DNA of 62,908 bases, filler included, from Bigelowiella natans CCMP2755 (lineage: Eukaryota > Protista > Cercozoa), in the NCBI GenBank assembly GCA_000320545.1. It is 8 parts of 8 records of this genome, joined end to end, with 100 filler letters (N's around TTAATTAATTAA, not from the genome) between each part and the next. Parts side by side here need not be neighbours in the genome. Positions count along the whole stretch, not along the records: positions 1 to 8,970 come from ADNK01002784.1; positions 9,071 to 27,060 come from ADNK01000322.1; 6 more parts are not named here. The stretch is one strand, 5' to 3'. A program made the position numbers and the translations under genes. Under the pieces are notes generated by a model. The model was not told the DNA's origin. It made no database searches and saw only the letters and a program-made list of their open reading frames with translations. Below are positions 1 through 11,543 of the stretch, piece by piece. Within the stretch, counting starts at the first letter, position 1; each line of letters starts with the position of its first letter.

Positions 1-55
1 GGGGGGGGAGTTGGCGAGGATATAGAACTGTATCGAGTCAGGAGGTTGTTATGTC

Positions 56-97
<42 letters not shown>

Positions 98-172
98 CCG
101 CACACATATAATTAATACAATACGTGTATACTGATAAATATTCTTGTTGATGCTGCGCTGCTGCGCTGCCAC

Positions 173-669
173 CTAGCCCTCCCCCCCCGTCCTCGAAGTC
201 CTCATCGCCAGATTCGTAATAGTCTGCGTCGAGAGAGAAGAGCCCGTCCTGGTAGAGTATTGTATGGTTGGTTTGTGATACTCCTCATGCTGGACATTGT
301 AGTAGGACGATGACGATGATGATGATAATGATGATGATGATGATGACAATGACGATGACAATTGATATTGCGAAGAATAGCTAAAAAGGAACTGCATTAT
401 TATATACCTTATCTCTTGTTACGCCTTTTCCTTTGCTGCTACTCCGCATCTTGGAGCTCGAAGAGACTTTTCTCTTTGATTCTCCCAGCTCATCATCCTC
501 TGCCCCTCCTCCTCCTCCTCCTCCTCCTCCTCCTTCTGCATCATCACCATCCTCGTCGTCCTCGCAATCATTCACGATGAAGTCGTCGAGTCCCTCAGCT
601 GGCCACAACGAAGGAAATGAGGAAGAATAATATCGATGTTACAAAAAAATGGTGGGTACACACACGTGC

Positions 670-719
<50 letters not shown>

Positions 720-1206
720 GAGGAGAACCAAATCAATTCGTGCATTTTACAGAGGTCAAAGGTTGCGGAAAGAGCAAGTGGCAGGGGGGTGAGGAGGCAC
801 CATGAATCGTGTCCACGTCTTCAAATATGATGACATCTGAACCTTCATTATCATCGTCATCATCGCCCGCTTCGTTGCTCTCTTCGTCATCATCATCATC
901 ATCGTCGTCGTCTACATCGCTATCATCGTCTTCTTCCCCAGCCGCAGCCAGCTTCCTCCTCCTCCTCCTTCTTTTCTTCTTCTTCTTCACGCTGCTCAGG
1001 CGACGACGCATTAGCTGTAGTAGCGGAGGAAGATGACGAAGAAGAAGAACAAGAAGAACAAGAAGAAGAAGAAATAAGAATAAAGATTGAGGAGGAGGAT
1101 GAAGAGGAGGAGGCAGGCAATATCATCTCTGTTTATTTGGAAGTAAGTAGTAGGAGGTACCATCATCAAAACAGGGCGCAGAGAGCGAATACTGCTCCAT
1201 ATAGGA

Positions 1207-1241
<35 letters not shown>

Positions 1242-1359
1242 TTATAGCACACCTCCCTGAGGGCGTTTTGCTCCTCAGTGCCACCAGTACCTGTTGCTCG
1301 AATCTGCAGTAGCATTCAGAGAGGGAGGGGGAGGGGGGAAAGGAGCAGGAGGGAGGAGA

Positions 1360-1402
<43 letters not shown>

Positions 1403-2776
1403 CGATGATTCCTCATATAGGTGTAACAACCAACCACGTCACCCTACTATCAGTTAAAGTCTTCCACAGTGCGTGTTCAAAATATCCTTACTACTACTTA
1501 CTTTGCTTGGATCTCTGAGTCTCCATCTTCTCGTTCGGCCTGCAGTTCTTGGAGTGCTAGCATGTCCCCCCCCCTGCTGACCGCTACCTGCATCTGCGCG
1601 GTCTCCGTGGTCATCGCTCTCGTGTATATTACCACCGTGCTCGAAATCGTCGTCTCCATCCTGCTGGCTGCTGGTAGTAGAAGGTTTGCTTTGACCCCCC
1701 CCCCCCTCCTCGTTCTCTCCTCCTTTCGCATCGAGATCAACGTCGACCCCCTCTTCCCTTTCTTCCTCTCCCGATTCGCCACCCCCCTCTTCCTCCCCCT
1801 CCCCCTCCTCGTCATTGTCAAAGATGATTCTACTCGTTCTCCGACGCCTTTTCCGGGAGGGGACTATGCTGCCAATGTCCTCATTATCATCGCCTTCATC
1901 ATTATCTGCCCTTTCTTCGTTTCCGCCGTCGCCATCACTCTCGTCTTCGTCGCTGTCTATAATGACACTTCTGCGGCGCTGTCTTTTCTTGATAGAATCT
2001 TTTCTTCTCTCTGCCCCCCCCCCATCTCTATCATCATCATCATCATCATCATCATCGTCATCTCCGCTTTTGCTGCTGCTGCCACGAGCTCGCCTCCTCG
2101 TCGCGTGTTTGCTCTCCTTTGGTCCTTGGCCACGTCGTCCTTCTCTTGCTTTGCTATGTGCTCTGCCTTTGCGTGGGAAGGACACTACTGACGGCACCTT
2201 TCGATCGCTACCATCATCGTATTCATCAATTATCAGCGATTCTTCTTCTTCTTCTTCTTCTTCTTCTTGTTCTTCTTCTTCGTCGTCGTCATCGCAAGCT
2301 TATGGAGAGTCGTCCTTTTTCTTATCCTCCACTACATTGTCCTCCTGCTTCTCCTCTTCCTCCTCATCGTCGTCTTCATCATCAGAATCTATAATTCTTT
2401 TGCTTCTTCTTCTTCTTCTTTTCCCTTCTATTTGTGATGCCGATCTTGTAATCGCCTCGTCTTCGTTGTCGCTGCCTTCATCGTCGTCGTCGCCATTCTT
2501 TTCCTTCTCAGAATAGGTGTCTTGTACATTTTCCTCCTCCTCCTCCTCCTCCCCCCCTTCTTCTTCCGTATTCCACTCCTGATCATTCTCGTATTTTCTC
2601 TGGATCTTCTTGTTCTTGCTGGCGGTGGTGGTGGACCTCCTTCGCACATTTGTTTTCTTCTTCTGCTTGTTGCTTCTCAGGCGTTTCTTTCTAGCAGACC
2701 CACGATTGCGCCACACGGCGTGCTCCTCCCCCCCAGAGGGCTCCCATTCTGATTCTTCACTGTCAGCGTTGATGTC

Positions 2777-2811
<35 letters not shown>

Positions 2812-3664
2812 TGCTGCTCGTTTGTTCTTTGTTTGCGAATTTGCGCCTCTTTCGTTTTTGTCCTCGTACTCCTGCGTCGGTTACTCGGTTCCCACTCCTC
2901 CTCCTCATCCTCGTCGTCATCATCTTTTTTCATCGCCATCACTTTCAGGGCGCCATACAGACCCTTCACTCTCTTCCACACTACTGCGGTCTCCATTCTC
3001 GTTATCGTCGTCTTCAGAAGTCGGGTTCTGATGTTCTTCTTCGTCTTCAATCTCATCTTCTGAGGATCCATCGGAATCGCCACCATTTTTATTAATAGTG
3101 CTATTGTCAGTTGAACCCCGTGCTGTTCCTTTTCTCCCCCTCCTGCTACTCTGACGCGACTTTCCCCTTCTATCTCTCTCTGAGGTCTTTTCCTCCTCCG
3201 CCTCCTCCTCCTCGTCTTCGTCCTGCTCCACCTCCCTCTCTTTCGCCTTCTTTTCCTCTTCCCTCTTCTTTGTCTTCTTCTTCTTCCCCTGACCCCTTGA
3301 AGGCCTCGAGCCCTTCTGAAGGACGTTTTCGAACATTAAAGGAGTGTAGGGGGGAGGGTAGCAGGAGGAGGAGGAAGAGGATCATAGACATGAAAATAAA
3401 ACTAAAATAAATCAGAACTAGCACCTTGTTGGTAGCGGCGTCGTCACCGCTTTCACTACCCTCTTCGAGGGGAGGTATCTCTCGGAGATCGACAACTTCG
3501 TGGAAGTCTCCGACATTTTCTAAGCTCGAAGGGGGAGCTTCTCCATTCGCCTTGCTTTTCCTACTTCTCCGTTGACGCTTGGTGGGTGTGGGGTTCTCGG
3601 GCAGAGCTCGGATAGTCTTCCCTCCCACTACTTCCCCCGCTAGAGTTTGCTTCTTCCGAACCAT
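173..3664 (-). CDS. Hypothetical low-complexity acidic/basic (D/E/K/R/S-rich) protein, multi-exon, probably nuclear
   Basis: ATG at 3664 (MVRKKQTLAGE...). AAG|GT donor at 3424 and a CAG acceptor near 3316 continue in phase into KGSRPSRGQGKKKK. Long D/E tracts and K/R clusters recur in minus frames down to about 173, with frame switches at homopolymers. No recognisable domain, and the 3' end is uncertain. Confidence 0.45.
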
Positions 3665-4231
3665 TATCAGCGGACCCCTTCCAAAAAGAGCAGCCTGTTG
3701 GTGATCAGATCAGCGTAGAGGCGCTTCAAAAGAGAAGAAAATCTTGATCGTAGTCTCGATGTGGAGCGCTGGAGCGTGCCGAATTGGTAAGGGTGGTTGG
3801 GAGGAAGCACCGCCCGTTCGCATGTCCTCTGAGACGCCAATTCGGATTTGGAAATGTGTTGTTTCTGTTATCGCGGTGCTTTGCCCAGACAAGGGCAAAA
3901 TACCTAATAAAAAATATCTAAATCTGGAAGGCCTTTTTTAGGGAGACTGCCCTTCTTTTTAAATTATTTTTGCAGCTTTTTAAAAAAAAACAGCGAGATT
4001 TTCAATATTAACGGCGAGAATTTTTATCAACGGCGAGATTTTTGAATCGGAGAGATTTGATAGGTCTCTTGTCCTTGGCATCCATCGGCAATTTACAGGG
4101 CGATTTTCACCATGCGACAATGCAGAAGAGCCATTTTTCCCTAAGTTTTTTTAGTATAGCATCGGATGTATTTCGCTGGTGCTCGGTCACAGTGGCAAAC
4201 TATCCACGATCCGACCCCCCATCCAACAGGA

Positions 4232-5699
4232 ATGGCCGAATCTTCCTCCAATCGTCACCTGGAGAGGTACCTGAACACCTCTCTTCTCATATTCAGTTCA
4301 ATGATCTTACTACTGATTGATACTGCGCAGGCTCCAGGCCATCCAAGGCCACTTGGTGCCCCAGGAGCGCAACCGTTGCCTTTCTCGTGATAGTTCGGGG
4401 GGGAAAGCGCAGCGGGGACCAACACCTTCGGAGGACATGCGCATCTTCAGTGGCACAGCAAATCTACCGGTAGGTGCCTATGTTTCCAACGCACTCTCTT
4501 CACACCTCAAAAGACTGTTTGGAATGGTGGTTTTGCATCGGCGAAGCTGTCGTCGCAGGTTGCGAAGAAGCTCGGCGTCTCTCTGGGGAAGAGCAAGATC
4601 CGAACCTTTGCCGACGGAGAGATTGGAATTGAGGTGAACGAGAATGTTCGAGGGAAGGATGTCTATATAGTCCAGCCGACGTGTCCTCCGGTAATCCGCA
4701 AACAACAGCTCGGTGTTGATATGTTCCAGAATCTCCGAAAGAACAGTACCCTTCCACTTGCTCTGAAGCGCATATCTTCCAACTGTGCAGGGTGTAAATG
4801 ACCACTTGATGGAGCTCATCCTTCTCGTGTCAGCAATGCGAAGGTGGTCGTCCATACACGATTGTCGATACTCAGCGATCATAGCCCAAAATACGAAGAC
4901 ACTTGCGCAATATTTCTCATAATAAGATCATATCAATAGGCATGGTGCTCTGAAGACACCAATCGCCATCACACTGAAATATCTCTACCATGTTGTTCCT
5001 CCAGAGCATCAGCCCGGTGCGTGACCGCCGTTATTCCTTACTTTGGGTATGCGAGACAAGACCGAAAGATGCAGACACGTTCACCTATTTCTGCTGCGGA
5101 TGTTTGTCGCTTGCTCGAGTCCGTCGGTGTAGATCGGTACGCCGCCGATTCCCAATAACCCCCTTCTCTCCTACTTCCTTCTCTCCAGCGATAGGCCAAT
5201 AATATATCTTTCAAAGATCATCGAAACTTTCTCGTTGAATCCGCCAAATATCAATTGCCGAGAACTAACGTTGATGCGCGTTGCAGAATAGTCGCTGTGG
5301 ATCTTCACTGTGGTCAGATCCAAGGTTTCTTCAGGCCACGCACTCCATGCGACAATCTAGAAGGTTCCGTCATCGCACTATCATATTTTGCGGGGCTAGG
5401 CCTCAAGAGCGAGGTCGGTTGTCGTTCCACTCGTCCTAACATCTACTTGTGAAACGGAGAGGGGGCGAGAAAGCAAAAATGTAGAAGTGGCACATATCCT
5501 AATATCATATGTCCTAATATCTTCTCTCTCGTCATCCATGCTGCAGAAAACTGTAATCGTGTCGCCAGATGCGGGTGGGGTCAAGCGCGCGAGGCAATTT
5601 CGAGATCGGTTGAAGAAGTATTTTGGCATCGACGCGGTCGTCCCATCAATGATAACACCAAACGCAAAGAGAATGCAAAAAAACTAATATTTATTTTCA

Positions 5700-5791
<92 letters not shown>

Positions 5792-6804
5792 ACGAGTAAT
5801 TTTGTGTTTGCCTTTCCATTTGTGCCGATTACAAGTCTTAGTTCTCAAGGCTGTGTTAATCATAAACTGGTCAAAAAATGTTATAATAGAGTTCTCACTC
5901 CCTGCCTGCACACAGGCTCTCGCAATAATTGTGAAGCAGAGGCTGCGAGCGAATGAAGTAGCGCGCATGGACTTGGTAAACACGGACCGATGAAGTTATT
6001 CGCTGCCAACAGACAACAAGCATAGATCTAGAAACAGAGACTGCAAAGAGCATATATTACATGTTCCCTTGCGAATCTTGCAAAGCAGGGCCAACAATAG
6101 CCTTGGATAATAATAGGCATTGTAGCTGATACTACCTTTTGTGCGACCGTTAGGTCGGGAACGTGGAAGGATGTGACGCTATTCTCATCGACGATATGAT
6201 CGATACTGCAGGGACATTAACGAAGGTGGGCTATTCCATGGTATTTATGTAAGAGCTTCTTCGTCTACCCTCGCGCGCGCGCCCCAAAAACGGTTTCAAT
6301 TCATACGTCTCAATATGTATATTTCTACTACATCCATATGTTGTGTCGCTGAATAAGATCCACCAGTTTTTGCTTTGAATGCCTCTTACATTGATGCATT
6401 ATGTTACGATAAACATTGAATCGTCGAACAAAATCTCAGGCTGCTTCAAAGCTGACTGGCAATGGTGCTCTGCGTGTATTTGCATACGCCACGCATGGGC
6501 TCTTTAACGGGCCTGCCGTCTCGCGTATTGAAAAGAGCAGTCTTGAGGAGGTTGTGGTGTTTTCTTTAACTTCGGAAAGATTACTGACATCGTGCGATCC
6601 CTCGATTATGTGCCTAAAACTCAATTGTACTATTTTTTTAATACACAGGTGATAATCTGTAACACTGTTCCTCTTAACGAAAAGGCCGTACACTGCAAGA
6701 AGATAAAGCAGCTATGCATTGCAGAACTACTTGGGGAGGCTATAGTGCGCATGCAGCATCGAAAGTCGCTCTCCGACGTCCACATACAACAGCTGAAGAA
6801 GTAA
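4232..6804 (+). CDS. PRPS: Ribose-phosphate pyrophosphokinase (PRPP synthetase), about 11 exons
   Basis: Spliced GT-AG exons give [101 protein letters not shown] (PRPP-binding loop), YATHGLF and a stop at 6802-6804. Confidence 0.95.
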
Positions 6805-8069
6805 AGAATGTCAGACACGGAAAATAGCAATAGGGCTGACGATTAACGACAACTAATACGCAGCAGACATGTCTGCATGCGTGCGACAGAGTTCTAGCAT
6901 AGCTTCACCATGTTATTCTTTCATTTTTCGAATTACTCGATTACCAATTCTAGCACGTTGCACGCTGCAGCACACATGTGCAAATTATCCTGTGCACAAG
7001 GTGTAAAAAACATTGTGTCGCCGTCAGTCCTACAAGTAGCATGCCACCTGCTAGCCCGCACTAGCGCACAACGCATGAGGATCGACAGCAGCACTGTTGG
7101 CGACATTTTGTCTCTACATCCGTAACCACAGGCACGCAGCACATGATGGGGCCCTGTTTCTTTGCACAATTTTAACATGTTCACTACATCAGTAGAGACA
7201 TGATTTTCTAGATGCGAGCTGCGAGCTGCGAAGCATGACTACGCTCAAATGAACAGAGCTAGAGAGCTAGAGAGGTGCGCAACAACAACGGCGCTGCTGG
7301 ACATCACTTTCATTGAACTCAGTCAAGGAGGGGTTCAGAACGATGACACATCAAGCATGCAGGAAAAATTCTACATGGGCTATGGATGAGCCCTCCTTCA
7401 TTCAGTGCATGCACATTCGAAACTCAAGAAGCTCAGCGGAGCTTTCGGATCATCTTCAAAGAGTGACGCAGACATTTGATGACTACCGCAAGCTCCTGAC
7501 ACCAGCAAAGTAACGCTCTTCGGAGAATTTGGAAATAAATCCGTAAAATTCCTTTCTTCCGACTCGCCCATTCTTCGCGGCTCAAATTGGGCAAAACCAG
7601 CTATTTCAAGCCGAGATATTCGCCCCATTTCGCAGCACAAAAGTGCTCGGGAATTTCGCATCCATTTCTCTCCACCGACAGCCGTCGGACGACCAGATCC
7701 GGCGAAGGAGCAGCCATTTACACTTGGTGCGACAAGGAAAAATGGCCCTTGTTCTAAGACTTAGCGGCCGAGTGAACAGGGGCAATTTTATGGCGGGTTA
7801 GCGCCCTGCGACACCTGCCGAAAAATACCTCTGTGAGTGTGTGTATTTTCGGGATCATCCCTTGCCCGGTCCCTTGCCCTTTACGATCTCCCGCCGTTTG
7901 GGCCCCGGGCCAGTTTCGGCCCGTCTTTAGACATGCGTTGTGCGCGCGCGCGCGTCTTTATTTTCCATTGTTCTGCATGTTGACTGACCCATTCCTCTCG
8001 TCTCGAAGGTCACGGGCGCGTGTGTGTGTGTGTGCTGATATCTTTGGGTGTACAACAGCGTTTACAAGG

Positions 8070-8915
8070 ATGGGAGGAACCGCATCGACACAGGCAGAGC
8101 TGGCGCCTATCAATAGCCCGGGGGACACCAGCATCAACTACGGTGGAAATGAAGAAGAGACGAGTTCGGGGGGGGTTAAAGGAAATGGCGGCTGCCTCGA
8201 TCGTTATTTCAAAATCTCGGAGCGTGGGAGCACCGTCAGAACAGAGCTCATCGCGGGGGCAATTAACTTCGTGGCGAATTCATACCTCCTGGTGCTCATG
8301 CCTAAAATTCTCGAGCAGGGGGGAGTCGACCCCAAAATCGCGATCTCGGCGTTTGTTCTCTCCACGGCGGTAATAGCAACACTGACTATCCTACACCCTC
8401 ACAACTGGAGAAAAGAGTGTTTCTCTCCACACCGATGCCAGCGCCACCATCCCCAGGCGCAATATTCTCATTTTGTCACGCTGTGGTTGATGTGATCTTC
8501 GACAGCTTGTGTGTGGCATTGCTGGTGTTTCTTTCACCTTATACTCCTCTCGATGTGTATTATTGGTAGATGGGATCTTTGATGGTTGGCTTGCTCGCAA
8601 ACCTCCCCGTCCCTGTCGGCCCTGGCCTGGGATGTGCCGCTTTCTTCGCGTACGGACTCACTGGGAGCCGCACCACTGTGGATAGAGCAATCACCGAAAT
8701 GGGAATTACGTGTTGCCTCCTCTCAGGTTGATATGAGAATCCTTCTTCGTCCTGTTATGTCGCCCCTCTTCCTCTCACCGATTGCTTGCACATACATTCC
8801 GCCTCCCCCCCCTCATTATTTTGACTTAGGCTGTGTGATGTTGGTGCTGGGAGTGTTGGACCTCCCTCGACGCATCTTTGGCATTGTTCCTATCCCTGTG
8901 AAGCACTCTATGCCG
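8070..8915 (+). CDS. AzgA/PbuG-like (NCS2 superfamily) adenine/guanine permease, 5' part, truncated at assembly gap
   Basis: LDRYFKISERGSTVRTELIAG...ANSYLLVLMPKILE, then the next exon GLLANLPVPVGPGLGCAAFFAY and RRIFGIVPIPVK. These match the AzgA-family N-terminal motifs (FKLSERGTTVRTE; ANLPxxxAPGxGxxAFFAY). Confidence 0.85.
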
Positions 8916-8970
8916 GTATTATTATTATTATTATTATTATTAAAGAGATGGTGGTGGAGATGATGGTGGT

Positions 8971-9070
8971 NNNNNNNNNNNNNNNNNNNNNNNNNNNNNN
9001 NNNNNNNNNNNNNNTTAATTAATTAANNNNNNNNNNNNNNNNNNNNNNNNNNNNNNNNNNNNNNNNNNNN
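8971..9070. other. Assembly gap/linker (N44-TTAATTAATTAA-N44)
   Basis: The identical 100-nt spacer recurs at 27061-27160, 38807-38906, 44403-44502, 51106-51205, 56143-56242 and 60465-60564. True gap sizes are unknown. Confidence 0.97.
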
Positions 9071-9354
9071 TCCCCCTTTTCCCCCCCCCCCCCCCTTCAT
9101 GTTTCTCAGGTTCCTTGCATGGCTTTTGCCCGAGGTGCAGGGTATATAAACCCCACGCTGCAGCGGGCGAAATTCGATGTAATGAGTCGCTATAGAGGGG
9201 AACGAGAGGGCCTTTTTGAGTGTTCGTCATAATATTTGTAGCCGCGCCGCAAATTGTTGTTCCAACTACAATGTTATTACCAGAGAATCGATTTTTTCCT
9301 TTTCTCTATTCTTCCCGCCGATGGCCCCGTGATGCAACAACCCTCTTCACCCAG

Positions 9355-9420
9355 GTCATTACTTTGGATAAAAACATCGATGTGGGGGAAGCTCTTGGGG
9401 CGTTGGAAGAAACGGTAGAA

Positions 9421-9459
<39 letters not shown>

Positions 9460-10441
9460 AGAGGGACGGAGAGGGAGGGGGGGGAAGCGATTCGCATCAG
9501 GACATCCCCAGCACAAAAAACGCAAATCGAGCAAGCTCTTACTTCACCGAACCGATTGTGAGGCAAAGAGGCGTATTCTCGCTGATGATCCGCACAGCAA
9601 CTCAAAGGACACGCAAAAACCCTCTTTGAAACGCACTGACGAGCAGCTATTCTGTACACCGTAATGAATGCAGGCGTGGGTTACAGGCAGGAGGGCGACG
9701 GTGCAGGGCAACCTAGACCCGCAGCTGCTTCTTGCAAACAGCACAAGAGAGGCCATTACTGGGGCCGTGGAGAGCATGATCGCGCGGGTTGGGAAGCAGG
9801 TAGCAATGGCAGAGTTAGAATGATTGCTTCTCCCCCCCTCCCCCCCGACCCCCTCGGGGTACAATAACTTTCTTCTCTACCGCGTTCCAAACGCGGTGGG
9901 GGAGCGATCCATGCATATTGCCCACAATCTGCGTTCCGAGTCGGAAAGCAAGGGGACTAGTATTGGCCGAGAATCTGATATTCTCTTCTGCCGCAGGCCA
10001 CCATCGCGAATCTTGGCGGTGGTCTCATGGGTAGTGACACTTCGAGTTCTATCTAGTCTCATCAGCTGGGGGGGTGGAAGAGAGTGGGTGGGTGATGGTG
10101 GCGACGTTGCAGGAGGCTGCCGAGCAGCCTCAGGACGCGCACAGAGACGCGCAAACAAGCAACTCTTTCTGTTCCTTTTCTTTTTCGAGAAGAAGCTAAC
10201 TCTAGTACGTGTGCGTATTATGAGGACATAACCGTGCCGACGGACGAAGGCCGAGGCATTGCTGTTAAGCCTCTTCCTCCGCAGCAATGACATTGAATTT
10301 TGGGTTTTGAACAAATGCGTGTGCGATTGCCCTCCTCCTCGTCCTTATAGTTTCGTTGAATGTGCAGGTAAAGAGGACCCAGACTTAGTGGCGCACTACG
10401 TGGAAGAGGTGCGGCGGCTATCGCGACGGCGAGCGGAGTGA
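9355..10441 (+). CDS. hemE: Uroporphyrinogen decarboxylase, 3' part (5' part lost in gap)
   Basis: Exons 9355-9414 (VITLDKNIDVGEA), 9674-9799 (ATVQGNLDPQLL...AITGAVESMIARVGKQ), 9997-10030 (ATIANLGGGLM) and 10368-10441 (GKEDPDLVAHYVEEVRRLS...stop). All are GT-AG and in phase, and match the UROD C-terminal QGNLDP and IANLGHG motifs. Confidence 0.85.
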
Positions 10442-11543
10442 TTTGCCCGGTATTGCAATGAGATGTTCCTGGCAGAACGCACAGTCAAAGCCACGTCGCG
10501 TTTACTAATTTAGAATTACGCATCGACAGTGTGTCGCAGGCATGCTATGGTGCTGTGCCTAGACGTCTAATCCTCGTCCTTATATACTTAAGAGAACACG
10601 GTCATAAAGACGACGCGTATATATATGGTGTTTTACATGAATAGCTAATAAATATAAAGTTATGATTGTTTGCATAGGATGTGCTCAGGTCGAATGTTAG
10701 AATGCAATGTAAGATATAGCGCAACGAGAAACTCCGTTTCAAGCAATATTTATGTAGCTGCCGGCTATAACATCTTAAGACATAGCTATTATAGATAGTT
10801 GCTGCTCTAGTACATCCATCTTCGTAGATCCATCCATAATAACGAGCACTGGCCACAACATGCATGCATGCGTGATCTGTGCACAATAAATGCGGCCCGC
10901 TAAAGCATCTTAGTACGATGACTAATTGATCGATGCAATGCGCTACGAAGAAGCTAACTAGCTATAAAGTTCTGACAACTACTGTCGGAAGTCAGGTATC
11001 TATGTTGTTATCTAGGTTATTGTTTTGCAGCATCACGGTGCGGCGGAGGCGGACGGCCAGCATGTCAGTCGTCCATGTTGAATGCTATAATACTTGTTCA
11101 TGCGTGTCAATGTTGGTGATGACATGGCACATGTATGTGTAGTCAGTCAAACGTGCTTTCCGAGAGTGCACACGAGAAGAGACCGGCAACAAGCGATCGA
11201 TCTATCATCATTCATTCTTCGACCGACCCGCGGAGCTGCTCGTTCACCGACGAGGGTGCGGCGTCGAATTCTTGAAATAACAACTGAGACTACTTTTATT
11301 CCATACTCTATACAACTTTGTTTGATGAATGGGGGATTCTGCGCTGCGCCCGATGCAAGCGAGGTGGGAAATAGCGAGCTATTTCTTTGTTTTGTTTTTC
11401 GCTTTTACTTTGTAGCTCGATACATGAGTGCCGTCGCCAAGCCACTGGGTGTGCAGAGTATCACCATTCTTCTCGCCAGGCACTGTTTAGGGCTGCAGCT
11501 GCATCCCCCCCTCTCGCGACTCAGCACCGTCGTCCGACTACAC

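Noticed and set aside
1469-2516. Long plus-strand ORFs rich in S/L/I/F
   Set aside because: They are the antisense of the D/E/K/R-rich minus-strand coding sequence plus trinucleotide repeats.
9015-9026. TTAATTAATTAA palindrome recurring seven times
   Set aside because: It is always centred in 44+44 Ns and has stops in all six frames, so it is an artificial scaffolding linker, not a biological repeat or CRISPR.
8070-10441. Apparent permease-UROD fusion (same strand, N-part then C-part)
   Set aside because: The two parts are separated by a gap of unknown size that must hold most of both genes, so there is no evidence for one ORF.
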